The translations under genes were made by a program, and so were the position numbers. The notes below the pieces were generated by a model. The model worked only from the letters and a program-made list of their open reading frames with translations. It had not been told where the DNA came from and ran no database searches. From the NCBI RefSeq assembly GCF_006345805.1, contig NC_042999.1:79484001-79548000 (forward strand): a DNA stretch of 64,000 nt. Reading direction: 5' to 3'. This document shows, piece after piece, positions 54,604 to 64,000 of this stretch (the stretch's first letter is position 1; the number at the start of each line of letters is the position of its first letter). Source of the DNA: Octopus sinensis (taxonomy: Eukaryota).

Positions 54604-54607
<4 letters not shown>
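53575..54607 (+). mobile_element. 5'-truncated CR1-like LINE; ORF2 C-terminal part open from 53575 to 54510, followed by 3' UTR
   Basis: IYIND..KIFADDTKL..LQSDL..WA..N.M..N..K..RDLGVTVD..LSWS.HI..RPHLEYC.PLW.PH..QR..YW.RLK.L.LYSL..RRERY; tail AAGTTTTATC(A)AAGTTTT then (TA)n. Confidence 0.9.
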
Positions 54608-54670
<63 letters not shown>

Positions 54671-54839
54671 TAGTGTTATATATATATAGTGTTATATATG
54701 TAGTCACGTATTACAGGGTGTGTTTGCATGCATTTATATATAGCGCCTCTGTGTGGCCACCGTAAGTGAAAACCTGAAAAATCAAAAAGTATCATAGACA
54801 ATACTGACAGTGTGGCAAAATGGAGCATTTCTGTAAAAT

Positions 54840-54939
54840 NNNNNNNNNNNNNNNNNNNNNNNNNNNNNNNNNNNNNNNNNNNNNNNNNNNNNNNNNNNNN
54901 NNNNNNNNNNNNNNNNNNNNNNNNNNNNNNNNNNNNNNN
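54840..54939. other. Assembly gap (100 N)
   Basis: Run of N. Confidence 1.
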
Positions 54940-55316
54940 TAAAAAGCGCCGATATGATAGTCTTTAAATTGCGATATTTAACTAGCGAAAGTATAGCGTT
55001 CAAGTATAACGTCCACGTTGAAAGATAGATCTATAATTTAAGTAACAGTTCGTAAATTCCTTCACAATTCAAAGGTAGGATAGAATATAAAACAGGTCTT
55101 TAGAACTACCAAATACCCTCGCTTGATAAATCTGCGCTTGCTTTTTCAATATGCGATCGAGAAATAATAATCTTAATCTCAAATGGAAAAAGATAATTTA
55201 CTTAGAATGTTTACATTCAAATATAGCATGCAGTGTGCTAAATCTTATACTAGAAGAAATTATAAAGGAACATTTAAAAGCCGATATTAAGACCATAGAA
55301 CTTCAGTCTTAGACTA

Positions 55317-55525
55317 CCGTATTTTTCGGCTTACAAATCGAAATTTTCAGACGAAAATTAACTATCTAAAAGATGTATGACGAGTTTTACACACAAACGA
55401 CTTTAGAGGATTATAAATTCCCCGTGAGATGCAGCAGGGCTTCAAAAAGAATTGTGATAATGTTTGAATGTTTATATTACTTGTCGCCCTGTATACTATG
55501 CTGGCTTGTACGTCGGAAAATACGA
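55317..55525. mobile_element. Tc1/mariner-superfamily (pogo/Tc2-like) MITE
   Basis: TA-CCGTATTTTTCGGCTTACAA ... TTGTACGTCGGAAAATACGA-TA imperfect TIRs. Confidence 0.65.
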
Positions 55526-55626
55526 TAATTGTTATTTCGAAGACCACTCCATTGATAAAATAATGAATTACATCGAAGTTGTAAATAACTCTAATTTTTT
55601 TAATTTCAATATATACCCGAACACTA

Positions 55627-55669
<43 letters not shown>

Positions 55670-55729
55670 ACACACACTCCTAGAAGCGACATTTTGTGTG
55701 GTTACAAGATCTGTTACAAGTTGATTCGC

Positions 55730-55935
55730 CGATAGATCGCTAGCCACTACACATTCTTTATTTTCTCTCCCTGTTTCTTTCTGTGTTTCCGTGGAAGAAC
55801 GTAGGCTCGAAACGTTAAAGACTTTTTCACTTCCCCCAGGGTGAAACAAATACATCTGTTTGTTGTCTACACCACCTGTCTTCATCTTTTGTATTTTTTT
55901 TGTAATTTTTTTTTTTTTGTAAATTCTGCCCAACT
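55730..55935 (+). mobile_element. Third copy of the pLTR-like repeat, degenerate hammerhead-like motif at 55785-55820
   Basis: GTTT-CCGTGGA-A-GAAC(GTAG)GCTC-GAAAC-GTT-AAAG; flanks homologous to 15380-15562. Confidence 0.65.
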
Positions 55936-57389
55936 GTTTCAAGTAGCTGGATATCCCTTATTTAAAAACAAGTCTTAAAAACAAAAGTCAATACTTTTTA
56001 AGTAAACGAAAATTTAAACTGTCTCACGTACTACATTTATCACTCTCTCCTTTCTCTAAGCAAGTAGAATATTTTTGTGGAATTAATTTGTAACTTCTTT
56101 AAATTATCTCCCTTTTAATATAAGAGTCGCAACAAACTGTCGCTAGGTTTTTGTAGTTTTCTTCCTATGAATAACAAAGCGGAAATTTGAATTAATTTTT
56201 ATTTACATATAGTTTTTTTTTTCTTTTTCGCATTCGGCCGTCAGTACATCACCCTTTAACTTAATTATTAAAACTCCTGTTTTGAAGAGAGAACTGAATC
56301 GTAGATTAATAGTCGCTAAAGAAATATTAAAATTGAAAGTAGATGTGAAATGTCTTCGCTAACCAAATTACCAAAAAGTTACGCGCGTTCTATTATTGGT
56401 TGTGCCATTTTATTTATATTTATTTTGACTTTTAGGGAACCCAATGGTCACTATTCTACAATATAGCGACGCCAACAACTTTTAGTAGTACACACACACA
56501 CACACACACAGACACACACAAAGGCATATATACATACATATATACATATATTTGTGTGTGTATGTACATATATGTATAAATATATATGTGTGTATAATAT
56601 ATATATGTATGTATATCTATATATAGGAATATATACATATATATATGTAAATATATAATGTATACACACATATATATGACATATATATGTATATGTATAT
56701 ATATATATTATATATATATATATATATACATACACGTAGAGCCTTCCCACTCTCATCGCATAATTATTCACAAGCGAATCCACTCTCAACACACACCAAA
56801 GCATATATGAAACGTGCATATATACCTACACATACATACATACATACATACATACATACATACATACATGCACTATATGTATATAGTGTATACGCACACG
56901 CGCAGAAATGTATACACACACAAACAGCCCCACACACGCACACGTACGCACACAAAGAAAAAGGCGTTGCAAACATACCTGTTTGTGCGTGTCTATTATA
57001 AACAATTTTATTTCCAGTTTAGGACATTGTAAAATAAAAACAAAAATGCAAAATACAAAGTAAAATAAAACAAAACAAAATAATATCCCACTGACGGATA
57101 TAAACTGCCACTTGTTTTTGTTATTGCATTTATTGGTGTTGGCGACATTGCAGCGAGTTCCGATGGTGGTCTTCGGAGTAATGAGGATGCTGGCAGTGAT
57201 GCTGGTGGTGATGATTAAGGGGGGGGGGTGCAGTGGTGTTAGATGAGGTGATGGAAGTTGAGGTGGTGGTGGAAACAGTGGTGATGTTGATGGTGTTAGT
57301 TGAGGCGGTGTTGGTAGCGGCGGTGACGGCTGCAGCGGTGGTAGTGTTGACCATGCAGATTCTGATGTTAATGTTGGTAGTATTGGAAA

Positions 57390-57777
57390 GGTGGCGAGCT
57401 GGCAGAATTGTTAGCACGCCGGGCGAAATGCTTTCCGGTATTTCGTCTGCCGCTACGTTCTGAGTTCAAATTCCGCGGAGGTCGACTTTGCCTTTCATCC
57501 TTTCGGAGTCGATTAAATAAGAACGAGTTACGCACTGGGGTCGATATAATCGACTTAATTCGTTTGTCTGTCCTCTCTGTGTTTAGCCCCTTGTGGGTAG
57601 TAAAGAAATAGGTATTTCGTCTGTCTTTACGTTCTGAGTTCAAATTCCGCCGAGGTCGACTTTGCCTTTCATCCTTCGGAGTCGATAAAATCAGTACCAG
57701 TTACGTACTGGAGTTGATCTAATCGACTGGTCCCTTCCTCCAAAATTTTGGGCCTTGTGCCTAGAGTAGAAAAGAAT
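57390..57777 (+). mobile_element. SINE family B dimer (two heads, two different tails)
   Basis: GGTATTTCGTCTG..GAGTTCAAATTCCG..GTCGACTTTGCCTTTCATCC occurs at about 57437 and again at 57611. Confidence 0.85.
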
Positions 57778-58301
57778 GTTGGTAGTATTCGTGGTTTTGA
57801 CGTTTTCACTGGTGGCATTGTTAGTGATGGTAGTGGTGATGGTCGAGGGTGGAGATGGTTGTGTCGGTGGTATTGTGTTGGTGATGGTAATTGAGGTGGT
57901 GGTGGTGGTGGAAACAGTGGTGATGTTGATGGTGTTAGTTGAGGTAGTGGTGTTGGTTGAGGTGCTGTTGGTTGAGGTGGTGGTGGTAGCGGCGATGACG
58001 GCTGCAGCGGTGGTGAAGGAACGAAATTTGTTTAGTGGGTTCAAACCTAGGTCCAATACAGGATATTCAAAGCATTGTCATTGCCCCTAAACGATTTTAG
58101 TGCGTGCCAGAGCACCCCCTATACCCCTGTACCGGAACCTTTGTCCACCGTTTATTATAACACATCACTAAGCGTTTAAGACATATTAAGCAATCTATAG
58201 GCATATTTTATGCTTGTGCTTAATTTCAGATTGCTCCACTCTATACAACCGATGCATTATTTACCTTTGACGGATGTTTGTCCTCATCTTGTTCGCTGTT
58301 T

Positions 58302-58345
58302 ACACAACGTTTCGGCTGATATACCCTCCAGCCTTCATCAGGTGT
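58302..58345 (-). ncRNA. Minimal type-I hammerhead ribozyme (Penelope-type), intact core
   Basis: ACAC-CUGAUGA-A-GGCUG(GAGGGUAUAU)CAGCC-GAAAC-GUU-GUGU; stem I ACAC/GUGU, stem II GGCUG/CAGCC, loopless palindromic stem III. Confidence 0.75.
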
Positions 58346-58400
58346 CTTGGGAAAATTTCGAACCTAAGGTATTTTTCGGTGTTGTTGTTGTTAATATAAA

Positions 58401-58431
<31 letters not shown>

Positions 58432-58460
58432 TATCACTATTATTATCATTATCATTATTA

Positions 58461-58526
<66 letters not shown>

Positions 58527-58584
58527 CATTATTATCATTATCATTATTATTGTCATCATCATTATTATTATTATTATTATTATT

Positions 58585-58659
58585 CAGGTTATTGCTTGGA
58601 ATCGAACTCGGAATCTGGGAGTTAGTAGCCCGAGCTCTTAACCACTACGCCATATGGGC
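58585..58659 (-). promoter_or_regulatory. tRNA-derived Pol III head (not a functional tRNA)
   Basis: Minus strand A-box TGGCGTAGTGG (58652-58642) and B-box GTTCGATTCC (58607-58598); no acceptor-stem pairing; TTTATAA at 58689-58683 upstream. Confidence 0.75.
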
Positions 58660-58732
58660 AGTTATGGGGCGAATTTTAGGGCTTATAAATCTAATATTTT
58701 CCTATCCTTCCTTAATACCGGTATTAAGGAAG

Positions 58733-58776
58733 ACACCTGATGAAGGCTGGAGGGTATAACAGCCGAAACGCTGTGC
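58733..58776 (+). ncRNA. Hammerhead motif, mirror copy, cleavage triplet mutated
   Basis: ACAC-CTGATGA-A-GGCTG..CAGCC-GAAAC-GCT-GTG; conserved U16.1 replaced by C at 58771. Confidence 0.65.
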
Positions 58777-59742
58777 TAACAGCAAACAAGGTGAGGACAA
58801 ATATCCGTCAAATGTAAATTATGTAAATAATGTACATAACTCCTCATCTCTTAAATATAGAACTGTATACAGCTGATAATGAGCACCAAGCCAGTGTTCC
58901 TAATGAAGAAAGGAGAAGTCCTTTCTCACTACGGCTCCTACATCCTGGATAGTTGGCCGGGGGGAGGGGCTGAGAGGGTGTCTTTGTCTGTTATGACTAT
59001 ATTGATGTCCAAAACAATCATCACGACAAACATCGCCAGGTTATACTTGCTTGTGAATGACGACTATAGTTTAGCTGTGATTTCAGAGAAATTTAGTTAC
59101 TATTTTTGTAAGTCGACTAACTACAAAGAGACTTCCTCGTTGGTCCAGAGGGTTTCTGCTAACACAGATAAATCAAAGAGGAAGTTATGGTAATATCCCT
59201 ACCCTACAAATACGAGGTTTGGTGTCTGTGTGAGAAATCAATATCCGTATTAATAATATTGGGGCGAGGGGAAGGGGCGTTTGAGGTGGAATTTGTAAGA
59301 TGACAATGAAGAGCATTGCATAATATATTTAAGGTCCGAGTTCGAATCTTGTCGCCGTTAATTCAGCCTTTTCATAACCGTTCGATCAATATCCAAATAC
59401 AGGTTAAATATTGGAGATGGAGTTTATCCGTTAATCTATCCCAAATGAATTTACAGCTTCGCTACCTAAGTACTATGAAGTGAATGTCGAAAGTGTTGCA
59501 AGATATGCAATCAGTAGTAGGCACCACAACATATATTATTGTCTGCGATCGAATCCCACACGGGCATCCAGCGAATATGTGTAAGTCATATACTATCGTT
59601 TCCATCATAATGTGTAGTCTTCAGGAAATGTAAAATTCAGTATACTCAAAACAATATTATATTAAGGCACAAATAAATATTCAAAGTATATATATACATA
59701 CACACACATATTTATACATTTAAAACTTTATCACTCTCTTTA

Positions 59743-59944
59743 TACATACATACACACACACACACACACATATATATATACATATATAAACACATATATA
59801 TATACACACATATACATACATACATATATATACATATACATACATATATATATATATACATACATACATATATACATACATACATATATACATACATACA
59901 TATATACATACATACATATATATATATATACATACATACATACA

Positions 59945-59976
<32 letters not shown>

Positions 59977-60173
59977 CATATACATACATACATATATATA
60001 TATACATACATACATATACATACATATACATACATACATATATATATATACATACATACATATATATACATACATACTTACATACATACATACACATACA
60101 TACATATACATACATACATATATATACATACATACATATACATACATGCATACACATATATACATATATATAC

Positions 60174-60212
<39 letters not shown>

Positions 60213-60283
60213 CATATATATACATACATACATACATATACATACATACATATACATACATACATATACATACATACATATAC

Positions 60284-60321
<38 letters not shown>

Positions 60322-60337
60322 TATATATTATATATAT
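59743..60337. repeat. Compound (TACA)n/(TA)n array, representative of dozens of microsatellite tracts in the window
   Basis: Direct inspection. Confidence 0.95.
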
Positions 60338-62340
60338 GTCTGGTATGCATATAATCTTCAATTATCATCAATCACTTTTTTGCATAGCGCTTGTATTCTC
60401 TTCCAAATATTCATGCATGCATACACACACACACACACACATACCTACATACATACATACCTACATAGATAGATATGTGTGTGACTGAGTGCACGCGCAT
60501 CCGTACCTGTTTGCGTGTGCGCACGCGCTTATGTCTGTGCGGGTGTGTGTGTGTATGTGTGCTTGTTTGAATATTGTGCGTTTGGTATGTATTGTACGCG
60601 TGTGTAAGCGCGAATATGTAAGTACATGTGTGTGAGTGTGTTTGCAATTGTGCATGCTAATTGATGTGTATGAGTGACTATGTTTACGCGTGCTCGTGTG
60701 TGTGTGTGTGTGCGTGTGTGTGTGTGTGTATATGTTTGTGTAGGTAAACATATATCTTCGATCAGTCTCCTTGCTTTGACGCTTGTATTCTCTCCATATC
60801 ATTCATTACCAATTCTTCAGTATTCACTCTCTTTGATTGATTACAAGATACAAATACATAAATTGTAGTTTATTCAGAAATAAGCTAGAACAGAACCCCC
60901 CCCTCTCGGCCCACACCTCCTCCTTCGACCCCCCACCGTTCCACCAAGACCATCGACTCTTCAACCCCTCTGTGTATATGGAAACATAAATATTATGACC
61001 ATTCTGTATTTAGAGTCACCTTTCAGCATTGATTACACGGGACATGATTCCGAAAGACCAGCCAGGTTAGCTAGTTTCAACTAGATATTTTAACTTTCTG
61101 TCTTCCATTGTTTTTTGTTTGTTTGTTTGTTTGTTTCTTTCTGTCTTTTTGTCGTTGTTTCTTTCTTTCTTTATCTCTTTCTTTCTTTTTTCCCTTTTCT
61201 TTCTGTGGTTCTTTCTTTTCTTTTTCCTTTCGTTTTTTTCTTTCTTTCTTTCTCTCTGTCTGCCTGTCTTCTATCTTCCTTTTTCTCTCTGTCTGCCTGA
61301 CTTCTGTCTTTCTTTCTCTGTCTTTTTTCATTCTTTCTTTCTTTGACTCCTTTCTTTCTTTTATTCTTTCTTTCTGTCTTTCTTCTCTCCTTCATGATTT
61401 TCCTTAAGTTTAACTTTTCACATTTATTCCGTTCACTTCACTCTTTCTTTTCTTCTGTTGCTCTTCCCTTTCATCTTCGCTCGTTTATATTTCTACCTTT
61501 CTCTTTCCACTTCCTAATTCTTTCTCCTCTTCGTTATCGCCATTATATTGGCGTTTGCCTTCATCTCCTTCAGCGCTCCTCGACCTCCTCTTCCTACTAC
61601 TACTACTACTACTACGCCGCCACCGCCGCGAAGTTTCGGGATCAGTACCTATAAGTTATATTACGGAAACTATCTGTCGAAATCCTGGGCCGAGCAAAAT
61701 GACCTGTCAATAATATTTCATTATCGGAAACTGTATGGAAAACCGTCACATGTGGCCTTGTGTGTGTGTGTGTGCGTGCGCGCCCGTGTTTGCGTTTATT
61801 TCCTATAATCGAACGGTTCAATAAATAGACAGCGATAAAATAGGTACCAGACTTCAAAAGGCACTAGGTCTATGACTGAATGAGCACCTTAAAAGTGGTA
61901 ACCTAGCATAGCTGCAACCCAGTAACTGGGCTCTAGAAAAGGGCAAATGTGTAAAAGAATATTACAAATTGAATACTAGCTTCTTTATTCATGACACATA
62001 AGACTTCACACTTTCTTGTTTTAAATATAATTGTATTCTTTCAGCTGTGCACAAATATGTATATGAAATAGCACACAAATATGTTGCGGTACATGTTTCT
62101 GAGACGGATAATAGGATGTAATTTGAAGGATATTTGTTTGGTATTTCTTACAGATCGAGCAACTGCATAGCGATTCCAGTGATTGCCTTGAAAATATTGG
62201 CTATGCTAGTCGTTTTATTCAGGCTGAAGTTATGTTATAGATCAATGGTTATCAGCCTGGGGTCTGCGAACCCCTGTTGGTCCGCAAAGGTAGTACTAGG
62301 GGCCCGTGAACTAAATTCTAAATTTCATATATATATACAT

Positions 62341-62748
62341 ATATATAGGAATTTTTTTTGTAATGAGATAAAAAAGCAAGGCAGTGAAAAATTTTAGAAC
62401 ATTTATAAATAGAAGGTCTTACAACTGTTTCCAGGATAATTTTTATATCCCTTCATCGGAGACGGTGTAAGAAAATGGTTAAGTAATAGTTAATTTAGAT
62501 AAGATTTGAAATAGAGAGTGAAGTGGAGGAATGAATTCATTCCCCCACTCTCTATTTTGTATCATATCTAAATTAATCATTACTTAACCATTTTCTCACA
62601 CCGTCTCCGATAAAGAGATATAATGAATATCCTGGAAACAGCTGTAAGCCTTTCTATTTTAAAATGTTTTTTATAAATGTTTATTCATAAATATTTCACA
62701 GCCTTAGTGTTTTTTTTATTCATTACGAAAAAAAAAATTTATATATAC
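62341..62748. mobile_element. About 400-bp fold-back palindrome with a hammerhead-like motif in each arm
   Basis: Centre GAATGAATTCATTC (62529-62542); arms pair outward to the flanking (TA)n. Confidence 0.88.
62416..62463 (-). ncRNA. Hammerhead-like motif, U4C core variant (mirror copy at 62603-62650 has a further G8A change)
   Basis: GUCU-CCGAUGA-A-GGGAUA(UAAAAAU)UAUCCU-G-GAAAC(AGUU)GUA-AGAC; stem I GUCU/AGAC. Confidence 0.55.
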
Positions 62749-62901
62749 ACTCGCTGATATATGACCTACGTTGGACTCCTTTATTCGCAATATCACCGAA
62801 CCTGGAGCTTAACTATGGTCTATCTATAGCGCTTACTCAGCAGTACCTGACACCTTTGGGTCTTACTGACACCGTTATCTCTCATAACCACCATTTATAT
62901 A

Positions 62902-62943
<42 letters not shown>

Positions 62944-64000
62944 GGATAAGTATATTAAAAGGGGTTCTCCTTGGTAAGACTCATTTAATTAAAAGGGTTG
63001 GGAACCCCTGTAGGAATCACTGTTATAGATATTGAACTGCTTTCTCTGCTTCCTTTGCTTCAGTCGTTGGACTGCAACCATGCTGGGACACGGCTTTGAG
63101 TTGAATTTTTCTATTGTTTGTTGTTTTTTTTTGTCATAGAATGATTTTGCTTACTTTTGAAGAGCTTTGAAATAGATTGAACAACAATTGCTAGAAGGAT
63201 GAACATCACATAAAAAGCATAACGTTGTTATGGGCGGTTTCCCAGGCATGAGACCCCAGTTGTGAACACATTGTTGGCAGCTGGGTTAAGTGATAACAGT
63301 ATTAGTGAAGCGCCGAAGAACAAACACTTTTGAAACATCACAGTATTTAGTTACGACTTATCACATGACATATAGATAGCTAGGTAGATAGAGAGAAAGA
63401 TAGATAGATTGACAGACAGACAGAGAAATAGGCAAAACGGTCGATCAACAGACAGCTTGTTAAATAAGGAGGTAAGCTGAAAGATTGGTTGGTTCATAAA
63501 CCAATAGATAATTAAAGATTCAGATGAGAAAGTACAAATGGTTAAATTCATAATTCGAATGATAAAATATAGAAATAGAAACTGACTTGAAAATATATCT
63601 ATTAATATCAATAAAATTATTGATGTAAATAGATATATTAATTGATAGCATGATATATGCAACTGCATGTATACATTCACGTATGCGTACATACATACAA
63701 ATTTACAAACGTATACACACAAACACAGATATATATGTTGCTATATTTGGGGACGGCCATTTTGCCAATAAGCACACGCACACTATATTTGATCTTCACT
63801 TTAGCTTTATTGTTATTAGTTATTGTTTACTTCACAGATTTCTTTCTTATATTCTGTGATCTCAATGACTACTTGTTCTTATCTTTGTGTCCGCTTTTTT
63901 CTGACCTTTTCCCGTTTATTCCATATTGTCTCTCTGTGGTACCTCCGCATGCGTTTCTGTCTGTGCCTGCGTCTAGGGATTTGACGTGTATACATGTGTT

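Larger units (their letters stand above)
58255..58865. mobile_element. Fold-back element: inverted hammerhead-bearing arms, tRNA-derived head and central 26-bp palindrome
   Basis: 58255-58348 is the reverse complement of 58730-58823; CTTCCTTAATACCGGTATTAAGGAAG (58707-58732) is a perfect palindrome. Confidence 0.85.
62243..63022. mobile_element. Non-autonomous hAT (Charlie-like) element with nested insertion
   Basis: 8-bp TSD TTATAGAT (62235-62242 and 63023-63030); ends CAATGGTTATC.. and ..GGAATCACTG; extra GGTTGGGAACCCCTG just inside the right end. Confidence 0.75.

Noticed and set aside
58585-58659. Possible tRNA gene (also SINE heads at 30493, 46630, 46910, 53406, 57390)
   Set aside because: A and B boxes are present but the acceptor stem does not pair, and each is followed by repeat body sequence.

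Overview
Very AT-rich, microsatellite-saturated eukaryotic DNA with no host protein-coding gene that I can support. The tRNA-derived SINE families look like those of Octopus (cephalopod), which is my inference from memory, not a search. Almost all ORFs in the track are translations of (TA)n/(CA)n/(TACA)n/(ACT)n repeats. Main element: a young, full-length 5.06-kb Ty3/gypsy LTR retrotransposon of the CsRn1/Boudicca/Kabuki type (20318-25377). It has 418-bp LTRs differing at 2 positions, an AACT TSD, a tRNA-Trp PBS, a -1 frameshift signal and an unusually short Gag. Other mobile DNA: a decayed full-length mariner, CR1-type and RLE-type LINE fragments, a Penelope GIY-YIG remnant, several MITEs and three SINE families. 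There is also a near-identical 1.7-kb tandem duplication and a 100-N gap. The most unusual signal is a set of non-coding fold-back (palindromic) elements carrying minimal hammerhead-ribozyme motifs in both arms. One of them (58255-58865) couples a TATA box and a tRNA-derived Pol III head to the hammerhead. Dispersed repeats with non-canonical hammerhead cores also occur. All coordinates and structures were read by eye; nothing was searched or folded computationally.
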